Shown here in pieces: positions 28,587 to 38,650 of a stretch of DNA of 64,000 nt. The position numbers and the translations under genes are program-made. Source of the stretch: an uncultured Candidatus Saccharibacteria bacterium (lineage in GTDB: Bacteria > Patescibacteriota > Minisyncoccia > UBA6257 > 1-14-0-10-44-23); contig CAZJVT010000001.1 in assembly GCA_964549935.1 (NCBI GenBank), positions 91,922 to 155,921 of the forward strand, written 5' to 3'. The first letter of the stretch is position 1; each line of letters starts with the position of its first letter. The notes under the pieces are model-generated. The model was given only the letters and a program-made list of their open reading frames with translations. It had not been told where the DNA came from and searched no databases.

Positions 28587-30221
28587 CTAGAGAGCGTCAG
28601 GGTCGTAGCCCTCTTCTTCGGGGAGAGTGCTTTTTTCTTTTTTGAATTTCCAAACTACCAGCGCGATGATTCCTGCGACGCCGGCGAAGATTCCGAAGAA
28701 AATGAGATACGGCGTCACGCCGGTATCGCGCGTTACGGAGGTTGTGAGTGGTGCTGCAACTTTTTCGAATGTGCCGTCATCTTTGGCGGCGTAAACGACA
28801 ATAGTGTGCTGTCCGGTTAAAAGACCGGCGACATCTTTTGAGTTTGTACCCGCCGGTACTTTAATTGACCGCTCAAGATTGTGGTCTGCGTCGAAAATGT
28901 CGATGCGATACGAACTTGCTCCACCGCCGCCAAATGAAGGCCAACTAACTTTTGTTGTGTCTGATTTGTTGCCCGGATCAGCAGTGATGCCGCCGGCTCC
29001 GCCAGCCGAAGAGCCCGAGGATGTTCCGGAATTACCGCTTGAACTTGTAGAACTTGTTGCGTTTGTTGTCGTGGATGTTGCCGTGCCGGTTGACGAGGTT
29101 GGGTTTGCGCCGCTGGTCGAACTCGTTGACGTGCCGGTACTACTGGTACCACTCGGAGGAGGAGTTGAGCCCGGCGTTGTCGTTGTGGTAGTGCTCGTGG
29201 TTGTACTCGTCGTGCCGGTTGTGCTTGTTGTGCTGGTGGTACTGCTCGTTGTTGTAGTCGGGGGTGTTGTGGGTGGGGCGGTCGGCGGTGGCGTCACTGT
29301 TCCGGCTGCTGTTTTAAAGGCAATCGTGTAGGTTGTTAAAACGAGTTGATTGCCGGGACTCGAAAACATATCAGCAAAATAGCTGATTGAAGGCTGCAGC
29401 CCGCTTACGGTGACCAGATGTTCGAGCTCGAGAGTTTCGTCTGCGCTGCTGGCGACAACGTATGCAGGGTTGAGTTGCGTGCGGATGCCGACACGGGCAT
29501 CGGTAGCAATGTTCGTAGTCCAGGCGAGCGTTACCGTGGTTGCAGTACTTGTAGCGATGCGAGCGTTTGTGATGATGATACTGTTTTCTTGCTGCTGAAC
29601 CGTGCTCGTGGAGTTTGAAACCGCCTGGATGGTGCTGCTGGGGTCGCTGTTGTAGCTCGAGCCGGTGCTTATCGGAGCGTAGAGTGCAAATTTAAAAGTG
29701 AATGATTGTAAGTCCTGGCCAATTTTCGTTGTGCCGTTTACGTATTCATTCGTAAAGGCGCGGTTGTGTTCGAGGATTAAAATTCGGTCGGCGGTGTAGA
29801 GGCCAAGGCCCGTAAGAGACGAAGAAATTTGCAGGTAATAGGTCTGTGTTCGGATAATTGGAATTCCCGTCTGTAAATCAAAGTGCACTTTGTGGCCTCC
29901 GTCTATAGACGAGAGGTGGGTGACCGAGGCCGTAACGCTGCCGAGCTGTGAAAGTGCGGAGTCAAAGAGAGTGAGCGTAACCGGTCCGCTCGATCCTGTG
30001 TTATCCACCCAAAGATCAATCCCGGTAAGGCTTGCATCGGCCGGCGCCTGGAAGACCTCGTAAACCGGGCCGGTAGCGCCCGCAAAAGCAAAACGCTGCG
30101 ATTCCCACGGGTCCGGCGCGAATTCAAAAATAACGCTGTCGGCGCGGGCGGACGGGATACTAGTCAGTAGACAATAGCTGGTAGGCAGCAGGAATAAAAT
30201 AAGAAGGCTAACGCGCTTCAT
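28587..30221 (-). CDS. Secreted/surface protein: signal peptide, beta-rich domains, mucin-like Ser/Thr/Pro linker, C-terminal TM anchor
   Basis: The N-terminal signal is MKRVSLLILFLLPTSYCLL. The low-complexity Thr/Ser/Pro run is encoded at about 28950-29300, and the C-terminal TM is followed by a charged tail. Confidence 0.6.
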   Translation of the reverse strand: MKRVSLLILFLLPTSYCLLTSIPSARADSVIFEFAPDPWESQRFAFAGATGPVYEVFQAPADASLTGIDLWVDNTGSSGPVTLTLFDSALSQLGSVTASVTHLSSIDGGHKVHFDLQTGIPIIRTQTYYLQISSSLTGLGLYTADRILILEHNRAFTNEYVNGTTKIGQDLQSFTFKFALYAPISTGSSYNSDPSSTIQAVSNSTSTVQQQENSIIITNARIATSTATTVTLAWTTNIATDARVGIRTQLNPAYVVASSADETLELEHLVTVSGLQPSISYFADMFSSPGNQLVLTTYTIAFKTAAGTVTPPPTAPPTTPPTTTTSSTTSTTSTTGTTSTTTSTTTTTTPGSTPPPSGTSSTGTSTSSTSGANPTSSTGTATSTTTNATSSTSSSGNSGTSSGSSAGGAGGITADPGNKSDTTKVSWPSFGGGGASSYRIDIFDADHNLERSIKVPAGTNSKDVAGLLTGQHTIVVYAAKDDGTFEKVAAPLTTSVTRDTGVTPYLIFFGIFAGVAGIIALVVWKFKKEKSTLPEEEGYDPDAL

Positions 30222-30240
30222 CTATTAATGATACCACTGG

Positions 30241-30891
30241 CTAATGCGGTTGGCGGTGATATTCGCCAAGGTGCGCGTGATCGTTGAGAGTGAGAATATT
30301 CCAACGTTCTTTTGAGTGTTCGAGTGCGGTGATGCCGGTGTTGTGCAATGAGACGGAGTAAAAAATGTCTCGGAAGAGTTTCGCGGAAACGTCTTTGCCG
30401 TGGATAACAACCGCAAGCAAGACTTTCAGGGTATGCGCGTGACTTACAATGAGAATTCCCTTACTGCTCGTTGCCATGCCCTCCATTTTCGAGAGAAATG
30501 TAACGCAGCGTGCGCGAACATCAATGAACCTCTCTTCGTCACTGTAGCGCCACTCAGGATCGCTAAGCTCTTTTTCTTTGAGTAAGGCGATGATGTCTTT
30601 GATTGAAGAGTCATCCGAAGATCTGCCTTCGATTTCTTTTGGCCATCTTTTTTCGACTAAGAGAGGGTCACTCGTGATAGAAATCTTTTTGACAGCGGCG
30701 ACTTTTTCGGCGGTTTCGTGCGCGCGGGAGTAGGGGCTTGAGATGATTTGGTCAATAACAATTGATTCAAATCTTTTCGCTAAAAATTCCGCCTCCTGCA
30801 GGCCTTTATCGGAGATTTTATCGGTGTCATTTTGGTAGATATGAGCGAGATTGCCCTCGGTTTGTCCGTGTCGGACTAGATAAAGTTTCAT
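30241..30891 (-). CDS. Histidine phosphatase superfamily protein (phosphoglycerate mutase family)
   Basis: N-terminal LVRHGQTEGN catalytic motif (RHG). Confidence 0.8.
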   Translation of the reverse strand: MKLYLVRHGQTEGNLAHIYQNDTDKISDKGLQEAEFLAKRFESIVIDQIISSPYSRAHETAEKVAAVKKISITSDPLLVEKRWPKEIEGRSSDDSSIKDIIALLKEKELSDPEWRYSDEERFIDVRARCVTFLSKMEGMATSSKGILIVSHAHTLKVLLAVVIHGKDVSAKLFRDIFYSVSLHNTGITALEHSKERWNILTLNDHAHLGEYHRQPH

Positions 30892-30892
30892 A

Positions 30893-32665
30893 TTACTTTG
30901 CTGCGCGGAGTGCGTTAATGGTTACCCCGACGTCAATTAATTCCTGGATTGTAGCAGCAAGTACCGGAGTTATAAAGCCCGCAGCGGCAAAGCCCATGCC
31001 GATGACGGAGAGCCCGATACCGATCACGATGCTTTGGAGGGCGATCTGGGTGGCTCGGCGGGAGAGGGCGAGAGCCTCGGCGACCAGCAGCACGTCGTGT
31101 CCCAAGATGGCCACCGAGGCTGCCTCAATCGAAGCGGAGTTCTCGGTGCCGCTAAAAACGATCCCAGCATCAGCTAGAGCGAGCGCCGGCGCGTCGTTTA
31201 AGCCATCACCAACCATCACGACGCGTTCACCGGCCGCGCGAGCGGCTTTGACGATGGTGTATTTGGTTTCCGGTGTGGCGCGAGCGTAAATTTGCAGACC
31301 GACTTCGCCAAAGAGACGGCGCGCGTTTTCTTCTGAATCACCGGTAATGATTGCAACTTTGTATTTAAGTAGCAGATTCTTTAAAAACTCTTTGGCATTG
31401 GCCTTGAGCTCGTCGTCGAAGACGAAGCGGGCGATGCGCACTTCGTTTTTGAGCATATCGAGGGCGATACCACCTTCTTCAGTTTCAGAACTTTTTAGGA
31501 TTGTGTACGAAGCGCCATCAACTGTGCCGCTGATACCTTTGCCTATCGTCTCTGTAACCTTTGTCGCCATCAGCTCCGGCAGACTGCGGCGGGAGCGTTC
31601 GGCGGTGATTGCACGGGCTATTGGGTGGAGCGAGTGCAACTCGATTGCGGCGGCGATGACAAGTACGTGGCTCTCGTCGATATTTTTATTGTAGAGCTTT
31701 ACGCTCTTTAAGGTTGGCTCTCCGAGCGTGAGGGTTCCGGTTTTGTCTAAGTAAATCGTAGTCGCGCCACTAAGCACCTCGAGTACTGAAGGTTTCTTGA
31801 TGATAATCGTTTTGCGCGCCGCCTTACTCATTCCGCCTAAAAAGGCGATTGGTGCGGCGATAAGGAGAGGGCAGGGGGTGGCGATAGCCAGGACGGCGAT
31901 CGTGCGTGCCAGGTCCTGCGTGAAAAGGTAGGTAGCTCCGGCAATCACGAGCGAGACGGCGGTAAATGGCCAGTTAAACTTTTGGGCCATACGCACCATA
32001 TTGGCCGGGTGCTTTTTGCTTTCTTCGACGAGCTTGATGATTTTTTGATAACTCGAAGTGTCAAAGGTCCCCGAGGTTTCTAATTCAAACGCCGGTCCGG
32101 TGTTTACGATTCCGCTTTTAATGAAGTCTCCGACGGCGAGTTCAACCGGTAGGCTTTCACCGGTCAGGTTGGCTTCGTTGACCGTCGCGTGCTGTGAACG
32201 CAAAAAGCCGTCGAGCGGTACGAGCTCATTGGTCTTGATGAAGATAATTGATTTTTCAGTGACGCTCTGAATCGGCGTTTCTTTGTAGCCTTGGCCGTCT
32301 TTGACAAGACAGTTTTTCGGCAACCGCTCTAGTAGCGCTTTGAGTGAAGCCTCGGCGCGGGTGGCGCCAAACTCTTCCAGCGCGCCGGAAAGCGTGATCA
32401 TTAAGGCGACGATCGCTCCGGCCAGGTAGTAGTCCGCTCCAAGCAGGGCAGTGCCCATTGCGAGCATAGCAATGTAGTCGAGTGACCAGCGTCCCTCCCG
32501 GATTTTTTCGATTGACTCAGCTATCAGCTTCAGGAGTCCGATGGCGATAGAGACGACATAGAGGCCCGGGCGACCCAAAAAGACCCCGGTCAGGGTAATG
32601 ATCAGGATAATAGTCGGCACGGCGAAGAGGAGGTTCTTTTGAACGGCGACAAAGAGTTTCTGCAT
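30893..32665 (-). CDS. Cation-translocating P-type ATPase (probable P1B-type heavy-metal pump without an N-terminal metal-binding domain)
   Basis: DKTGTLT phosphorylation motif, MVGDGLNDAPALA hinge and a TPCP-like motif in the TM region. Confidence 0.8.
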   Translation of the reverse strand: MQKLFVAVQKNLLFAVPTIILIITLTGVFLGRPGLYVVSIAIGLLKLIAESIEKIREGRWSLDYIAMLAMGTALLGADYYLAGAIVALMITLSGALEEFGATRAEASLKALLERLPKNCLVKDGQGYKETPIQSVTEKSIIFIKTNELVPLDGFLRSQHATVNEANLTGESLPVELAVGDFIKSGIVNTGPAFELETSGTFDTSSYQKIIKLVEESKKHPANMVRMAQKFNWPFTAVSLVIAGATYLFTQDLARTIAVLAIATPCPLLIAAPIAFLGGMSKAARKTIIIKKPSVLEVLSGATTIYLDKTGTLTLGEPTLKSVKLYNKNIDESHVLVIAAAIELHSLHPIARAITAERSRRSLPELMATKVTETIGKGISGTVDGASYTILKSSETEEGGIALDMLKNEVRIARFVFDDELKANAKEFLKNLLLKYKVAIITGDSEENARRLFGEVGLQIYARATPETKYTIVKAARAAGERVVMVGDGLNDAPALALADAGIVFSGTENSASIEAASVAILGHDVLLVAEALALSRRATQIALQSIVIGIGLSVIGMGFAAAGFITPVLAATIQELIDVGVTINALRAAK

Positions 32666-32811
32666 AAGAATACCTCTAGTATACGATTTTTTCGGTATTT
32701 AAGCGAAGTCGCGGGATCGGCTTATTCTTATTAACACTTATCAACATCTTATAAATATTAATTAGTAGTATAATTATAATAATTAGTATAAAAATTAATA
32801 TAATTAATTAC

Positions 32812-34263
32812 ATGGAAAAGGTAACAGCGCTTAGGACGTTTTTGGAAATTCCGTATGATGAATTAGAGGAGCTGAATTTGAAGGCGCGGGAAAAGGCAGA
32901 GAGTATGAAACCCGAGGCGCTTGAAGCGGAGTATCGCGAGTATTTGAAGAAGGAGAAGCGGATCAAGGCGCTCACGCTTTGTTTCTCTGATCTCGAGGGG
33001 CGGTTTCATATGCTTGATTATGACAAGAAGTTTTTGCTCGCCAGCGCCGACAACTTAACTTTCGATGGTTCGTCTATCCGCGGATTTTCGCAGCAGCACG
33101 AAAGCGACCTGCGTCTCGATATTGATTGGGGGAGTTTTCGTTGGTTGCCTTCGGACATTTTCGGTCCGGGGAAGGTAATTGTTTTTGCAAACGTTTTAGA
33201 CCGTGACCGCAAGCCGTATGTTTCTGATTTTCGAGCGCAGCTGCAGCTTTTCACGGGATTGCTTAAGAAACAGGGGATGGTTGCTCAAGCGGCGGCTGAA
33301 ATCGAGGGCTTTTTAGTCGACGGCGTTAATGCCGAGCAGGAGTATGAGCAGAAGGGTTTCTCGCTGATTTCAACCGGCGGATATTATCATTCCTTGCCGA
33401 TGGACCGGTTACGGCAGTTTATCGATCGCGCTGCGGAGGCTCAGCGGGCAATGGGTTTTCGTAATGAGAAGGACCACCCCGAAGTTGCTCCGTCACAGTT
33501 CGAAATGAATTTTAGTTACTCCGACGTAGTGCGCGCGGCGGATAATATCCAGCTCTATAAGCTGGTGTGCCGCCAGGTCGCCAACAGTCTTGGTATGACA
33601 GCCACCTTTTTGCCGAAACCGGTTACGGGTATTAACGGCTCCGGTATGCATACCAATATTTCGCTCGCGAAAGCCATGCCTGACGGCAGGCAGGCGGGAA
33701 AGAATTTGTTTCATGACGCGAAGGGGAAGGACGGACTTAGTAAGCTCGCTTGGGACTTTTTACTCCGTATTTTGAACCACGCCCCGGAGCTCTGCTTGAT
33801 TTTAAATAGCAGCGTCAATGCCTATCGTCGACTGGACCCACATTTCGAAGCACCAAACCAGATAAAGGTTTCGCCGATTGATCGCGGGTCAATGATTAGA
33901 ATTCCCGTCGGCAATGAACGGTCAGCGCGTATCGAGGTTCGATCAGTCGCTCCCGATGCGAATCCGTATTTAGTTTTATATTCATTATTCCGAACCGGGC
34001 TCGAAGGAAAGCCTCTCAAAAAAGATACTGACAAGCGTGACCGACTCCGTTTTTTGCCGGACAATATTAATGATGCGATTAAGCTGTTTAAGACGGGGGA
34101 CCTTATTCAAAAGATGCTTGGCGAAGTCAATCAAGAGAAGTTTGCCCATTATAAGCAGATTGCCGCCGACAGAAGTCCGAAGGCTCTCGGCGCTTTTGTG
34201 AAGCCCGGCGAGATTATTTGCCACCACGAAGTCACCAATCAGGTGCTTTGGAACCGGTTTTAA
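32812..34263 (+). CDS. glnA: Glutamine synthetase family protein
   Basis: KPVTGINGSGMHTNISL, NAYRRL and RIPVG GS motifs; 483 aa. Confidence 0.8.
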   Translation: MEKVTALRTFLEIPYDELEELNLKAREKAESMKPEALEAEYREYLKKEKRIKALTLCFSDLEGRFHMLDYDKKFLLASADNLTFDGSSIRGFSQQHESDLRLDIDWGSFRWLPSDIFGPGKVIVFANVLDRDRKPYVSDFRAQLQLFTGLLKKQGMVAQAAAEIEGFLVDGVNAEQEYEQKGFSLISTGGYYHSLPMDRLRQFIDRAAEAQRAMGFRNEKDHPEVAPSQFEMNFSYSDVVRAADNIQLYKLVCRQVANSLGMTATFLPKPVTGINGSGMHTNISLAKAMPDGRQAGKNLFHDAKGKDGLSKLAWDFLLRILNHAPELCLILNSSVNAYRRLDPHFEAPNQIKVSPIDRGSMIRIPVGNERSARIEVRSVAPDANPYLVLYSLFRTGLEGKPLKKDTDKRDRLRFLPDNINDAIKLFKTGDLIQKMLGEVNQEKFAHYKQIAADRSPKALGAFVKPGEIICHHEVTNQVLWNRF

Positions 34264-34395
34264 AGGGCATGGAACATGTAACGTGTAACTTGTAGCGTTC
34301 AATCAGGTCAACAGACGGAGCATGGCGGGAGTTTTACGGTGTACGCTACACGATTAACGTTACACCTGCTGACCCCATGGTACTATAATAAGTAT

Positions 34396-34764
34396 ATGCG
34401 CCCCTTTACTGAAGAAAGGCCCTGGGGGAGTTTTCGGCGTTTTACGGATGGCGAACCCGTAACTGTTAAGATTTTGCGCGTAAAGCCGGGTCAGGCTTTC
34501 AGTTTGCAGTATCACGAGGGTCGTGAGGAGTTTTGGCATATTGTGAGCGGCTCGCCAATGGTGACTTGCGGCGAAAAGGTGATTACGGCAAAACCCGGCG
34601 ACGAATTTACGATTCCGGTTAAAACGCTACACAGGATACAGGCCGGTGGCGAGGAGGCGGTCATTCTTGAGATCTCCTCGGGCACGTTTGACGAGAGCGA
34701 CATTGTCCGGGTTGCAGATCAATACGGTCGTGTCGGGACACGTCCGGAAAATAAAAAAGAGTGA
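34396..34764 (+). CDS. Cupin-domain protein resembling the C-terminal cupin of type II phosphomannose isomerase
   Basis: Cupin motifs (G..FSLQYHEGREEFWHIVSG and PGDEFTIP..LHRI). The ORF-track start at 34339 is less likely than MRPFTEE. Confidence 0.55.
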   Translation: MRPFTEERPWGSFRRFTDGEPVTVKILRVKPGQAFSLQYHEGREEFWHIVSGSPMVTCGEKVITAKPGDEFTIPVKTLHRIQAGGEEAVILEISSGTFDESDIVRVADQYGRVGTRPENKKE

Positions 34765-35912
34765 AGTCTATGGCTACGCGCGCAAAAACAAAGGCAAAAA
34801 AAGTAACGAGCAAGCCTTCTGTGCGCCGAGTTGTAAAACAAAAAACAACCCGCAAAGTTGTCGCGCGTAAAACAACGAAAAAATCTTCCGGGTCCGGCTA
34901 TGTTAAAACCGAATCCTGGTTACAACGTTCTCATACGAATCCGATTTTGACGCCAAGTGAGCAACACTGGGAGTCTCGGGCGACCTTTAACCCGGCTGCC
35001 GCGATGCATGATGATAAGGTGCATATGTTGTATCGCGCCGTCGGCGCGGATGACCGATCTGTACTTGGTTATGCGGCGAGTGATGACGGTTTCAGCGTGC
35101 ACCACCGCAGCTCGGTGCCGGTATACGGAAGTAATCTGCAGCAGCCTTCCGGTGTCACCATTAAGATTCCGTATAGCTCCGGCGGGGGAACAAACGGCGG
35201 CTGTGAGGACCCGCGTATGACGATTATCGGCAGTAGAGCTTACCTTATTTACACCTCATTTGATGGATGGGGTTCGCTGCGACTGGCGATGAGTTCTATC
35301 AGTCTCGCAGATTTTATTAAGCAGAAGTGGAATTGGAAACAGCCGGTGATGATCTCGCCACCCGGGCAGATTCACAAAAACTGGGTTTTGTTCCCCGAGA
35401 AGATTAACGGGCAGTACGCACTCTTGCATAGTATCTCGCCGGAGATACAGATAGTGTATTTTGATGATCTCAATCACTTAGACGGTGCACATTTTGTGCA
35501 AAGTGCGTATCGGCCCGGCACGCCTCGCAAGGGCGCCTGGGACAGCTGGGTGCGCGGGGCCGGTCCGCCACCGATGAAGACAAAGTACGGTTGGCTGCTT
35601 TTGTATCACGCCATGGATTTTCGTGACCCGAATCGTTACAAGCTCGGCGCGATGCTGCTCGACCTCAAAGATCCGACGAAGATTTTGTATCGTGCGCAGG
35701 AACCGATTTTAGAGCCGGATGAGTGGTATGAGAATCACGGATTTAAATCCGGCGTTGTTTACTCGTGCGGCGCCGTGATTAAAGATGGTCAGTTGCTTGT
35801 ATACTATGGAGGAGCGGATACGGTCGTTTGCGTGGCCGCCGCGCCGATTGATTGGTTTTTGGAGCAGTTGCTTGCCAAGGGAAGCCCGAAGCTAACTATG
35901 CAAACAAAGTAA
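34761..35912 (+). CDS. GH130-family glycoside phosphorylase (DUF377, beta-1,4-mannoside phosphorylase-like) with a 45-aa Lys-rich N-terminal tail
   Basis: NPILTP...RATFNPAA...DKVHMLYRA and later 5-bladed propeller motifs typical of GH130. The start is a GTG overlapping the upstream stop, with an alternative ATG at 34770. The N-terminus ATRAKTKAKKVTSKPSVRRVVKQKTTRKVVARKTTKK is histone-H1-like. Confidence 0.7.
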   Translation: MKSMATRAKTKAKKVTSKPSVRRVVKQKTTRKVVARKTTKKSSGSGYVKTESWLQRSHTNPILTPSEQHWESRATFNPAAAMHDDKVHMLYRAVGADDRSVLGYAASDDGFSVHHRSSVPVYGSNLQQPSGVTIKIPYSSGGGTNGGCEDPRMTIIGSRAYLIYTSFDGWGSLRLAMSSISLADFIKQKWNWKQPVMISPPGQIHKNWVLFPEKINGQYALLHSISPEIQIVYFDDLNHLDGAHFVQSAYRPGTPRKGAWDSWVRGAGPPPMKTKYGWLLLYHAMDFRDPNRYKLGAMLLDLKDPTKILYRAQEPILEPDEWYENHGFKSGVVYSCGAVIKDGQLLVYYGGADTVVCVAAAPIDWFLEQLLAKGSPKLTMQTK

Positions 35913-35913
35913 A

Positions 35914-37845
35914 ATGGCGATTTCGTTTAAGCGTTCAGATGAAAATCCGGTTCTAGTGCCACGCGTGGATATTTTATGGGAGGCGCAGGGGGCTTTTAAC
36001 GGATGTCCGGTCAAAGACGGCAAAACGATTCATTTAGTATATCGGGCCAACGCCGTTAACCGTGACGTGCACGGTGCGCGGATGAGTTTGCCGACGATTG
36101 GTTACGCAAAAAGCACCGACGGCGTGCACTTTTCGGATCGCCAGCAACTGATTACACCGACGGAGGAGTGGGAGATGTATGGCTGCGAGGACCCGCGCGT
36201 CACAAAAATGGGCGATACGTTTTATATTTTTTATACCGCGCTTAGTAAGTATCCGTTTCGCGCCGACGGCATCAGAGTCGCCGTCGCCACCACCAAGGAT
36301 TTCAAAAAGATTTTAAGCAAGCACCTGGTCACGCCGTTTAACGCCAAGGCGATGGCACTGTTTCCGGAAAAGGTAAACGGCAAATATGCGGCGCTTTTAA
36401 CCGTGCATACCGATATGCCACCGGCCTCTATCGCGCTGGCTTACTTTGATCGTCTCGAAGACATCTGGTCAGAGGACTACTGGCACGCTTGGTATAACTC
36501 GCTTTCTGCGCATACGGTTTCGCTCCGCCGCGGTCACAGTGACCATATGGAGGTTGGCGCTGTGCCGATTAAAACAACGAAAGGGTGGCTCTTTTTGTAT
36601 TCTTATATCGAGAACTACTTCTCACCACCGGCGACATTTGGTGTGCATGCCGCACTGCTCGACTTAAAGAATCCGACTAAGATTATCGGTCGTTCGACCG
36701 AGCCGATGATTGTGCCGAAAGAGGAGTACGAGCACTTTGGCAACGTTCCGGATATCACGTTTCCCTCCGGCGCGCTGGTTAAGGGAAGTTCGCTTGTTTT
36801 GTATTACGGTGCCGCGGATACCACTACCTGTATCGCCAGTCTGCCGCTCGCTGATGTTTTAGAAGACCTGCTGCAGCCGCGCCAGCGCGTGGCGCAGCTG
36901 CAGCGCTTTGCCGGGAATCCGATTTTGCGTCCGGAGCCGAGTCATCCGTGGGAGGCAAAGGCGGTTTTTAATCCGGCGGCTTTGTATCTCGAAGGCAAGG
37001 TGCACCTTTTGTACCGCGCCTCATCAAACGACAATACCTCAGTCTTCGGTTACGCTTCGAGTAAAGACGGGTTTACGATTGATGAGCGATTGCCGGATCC
37101 GGTTTACGTACCGCGCCTGCCGTTTGAGCAAAAAATGGTTGCCGGCGGTAACTCCGGCTGCGAGGACCCGCGGCTCACTATCATCGATGATGTGATTTAT
37201 ATGCTCTACACAGCTTTTGACGGCCGAAGTCTGCCACACGTCGCACTTACCACCATTTTAGTCTCCGACTTCTTGGCCAAGCGCTGGAAGTGGGCGACTC
37301 CGGTTTTAATTTCTAAACTGGATCAGGACGACAAGGACGCCGCGATTTTCCCAAAGAAGTTTGGTGGCAAGTACGCCGTCTTTCACCGTATCGACGGGAA
37401 GATCTGGCTGGACTTCGTCGACAAGCTCTACGGCATTTGGAACAAGCCGCTTGATGGGCGAGTCATTATGGAGCCGCGCAGCACGCAGCACGACAGTCGC
37501 AAGATTGGTATCGCCGGTGTTCCTATCGAGACTCCGGACGGTTGGGTTTTGATTTATCACGGCGTTTCGCGCCGCGAGGACCACCACTACCACCTGCGCG
37601 CGGCGCTGCTCGACAAAAACGACCCGACCAAAGTGCTTGCCCGTACCCGCGATGAAATTTTAGATACCGAAACACCCTACGAGCGCTACGGGGTAGTTCC
37701 CAATGTCGTGTTTTCCTGCGGCCACGTCGTCAAAAATGGCCAACTGATTGTCTACTACGGCGCGGCTGATACGGTTGTTGGCGTCGCCTCAATGCCGCTT
37801 AGCGAGCTCGTACAGAAGCTCAAGAGCGAAAAGGGTAGTGCGTAA
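35914..37845 (+). CDS. Tandem double GH130 glycoside phosphorylase domains in one 643-aa protein
   Basis: Two repeats of the NPVL/NPIL...FN..A...GK.HL.YRA...GYA.S.DG...CEDPR pattern, around residues 1-320 and 330-643. Confidence 0.75.
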   Translation: MAISFKRSDENPVLVPRVDILWEAQGAFNGCPVKDGKTIHLVYRANAVNRDVHGARMSLPTIGYAKSTDGVHFSDRQQLITPTEEWEMYGCEDPRVTKMGDTFYIFYTALSKYPFRADGIRVAVATTKDFKKILSKHLVTPFNAKAMALFPEKVNGKYAALLTVHTDMPPASIALAYFDRLEDIWSEDYWHAWYNSLSAHTVSLRRGHSDHMEVGAVPIKTTKGWLFLYSYIENYFSPPATFGVHAALLDLKNPTKIIGRSTEPMIVPKEEYEHFGNVPDITFPSGALVKGSSLVLYYGAADTTTCIASLPLADVLEDLLQPRQRVAQLQRFAGNPILRPEPSHPWEAKAVFNPAALYLEGKVHLLYRASSNDNTSVFGYASSKDGFTIDERLPDPVYVPRLPFEQKMVAGGNSGCEDPRLTIIDDVIYMLYTAFDGRSLPHVALTTILVSDFLAKRWKWATPVLISKLDQDDKDAAIFPKKFGGKYAVFHRIDGKIWLDFVDKLYGIWNKPLDGRVIMEPRSTQHDSRKIGIAGVPIETPDGWVLIYHGVSRREDHHYHLRAALLDKNDPTKVLARTRDEILDTETPYERYGVVPNVVFSCGHVVKNGQLIVYYGAADTVVGVASMPLSELVQKLKSEKGSA

Positions 37846-37944
37846 AACGGGTAACGTGTAACGTCAGACCAGCCGGGCGCGCAGTAGCGCGCCCGGAAAC
37901 ACGGCACAAAAGCCAAAAAGCCTTATAAAATAAGGCCTCTGTGA

Positions 37945-37964
37945 ATATATCATATATGATATAT
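37945..37964. promoter_or_regulatory. Perfect 20-bp palindrome ATATATCATATATGATATAT (fourth copy of the ATATCATATATGATAT site)
   Basis: Read directly. It lies between the convergent GH130 gene and msrA. Confidence 0.45.
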
Positions 37965-37966
37965 TT

Positions 37967-38470
37967 TTAAGCGTTTGGTAACGTGTGGCAAACGCGAGGG
38001 TCGTCGGGATTCTTTTGGAAATACTTTTGGTGGTACTCTTCGGCGCGCCAAAACGCGGTTGCGGCAGTAACCTCGGTGACGATAGGGCGGGGATATTTCT
38101 TAGCTGCAGTTAACTCGGCGATGACTTTTTCGGCCGTCGCTTTTTGTTCGGGGGAGCGATAGAAAATTGCTGAACGGTACTGACTACCGACGTCGGGCCC
38201 CTGACGGTTCATAGTCGTCGGGTCGTGTAAATCGAAAAACGTCCGCGTCAGTTTTTCAAACGAGGTCTTTGTGGGATTGAAGGTGACGTTAACCGCCTCG
38301 GCGTGGCCGGTGTTTTCGTAACAGACCTGCTTGTATGTTGCATTGTCGACGTGCCCGCCGGTGTATCCGACTTCGGTTTCAATAACGCCGGGTTGCGCGC
38401 GGAGAATGTCCTCGACACCCCAAAAACAACCTGCTGCAAATGTTGCTATTTCTGATTTTTCGTTTTTCAT
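37967..38470 (-). CDS. msrA: Peptide methionine sulfoxide reductase MsrA
   Basis: GCFWG active-site motif near the N-terminus. The ORF-track extension to 38518 begins with TTG and covers a conserved non-coding leader block, so the ATG at 38470 is preferred. Confidence 0.88.
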   Translation of the reverse strand: MKNEKSEIATFAAGCFWGVEDILRAQPGVIETEVGYTGGHVDNATYKQVCYENTGHAEAVNVTFNPTKTSFEKLTRTFFDLHDPTTMNRQGPDVGSQYRSAIFYRSPEQKATAEKVIAELTAAKKYPRPIVTEVTAATAFWRAEEYHQKYFQKNPDDPRVCHTLPNA

Positions 38471-38499
38471 AGAATATTGTGTCCGCAGTGAGAGGCGAA

Positions 38500-38633
38500 T
38501 GCCCGCCCAAGGAGTCAAACTCGGCTGCTATCTCTCAAGCGCTATGCTATAGCATAGCAGTGAATATGATATGAGTTATTTTTCTAGTAAAAGTTCAGCG
38601 CTTTAGCGCAAACGCCGAGTTTGTACTACGGGG
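38500..38633 (-). promoter_or_regulatory. Conserved 5' leader upstream of msrA (blocks CCCCGTAGTACAAACTCGGCGTTTGCGCT and CCGAGTTTGACTCCTTGGGCGGGCA), which also encloses a 16-bp perfect palindrome CTATGCTATAGCATAG
   Basis: The two blocks are 27/29 and 22/25 identical to those upstream of murA at 7246-7379. Confidence 0.5.
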
Positions 38634-38650
38634 TAGCAACCTCATTCATA

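Noticed and set aside
28950-29300. Repetitive region that might be a CRISPR array or tandem repeat
   Set aside because: It is in-frame low-complexity Thr/Ser/Pro coding sequence of the surface protein on the minus strand, with no spacer-repeat periodicity.
38471-38518. N-terminal extension of msrA from a TTG start
   Set aside because: The extension covers a non-coding block that is also conserved upstream of murA. MsrA homologs start just before the GCFWG motif.
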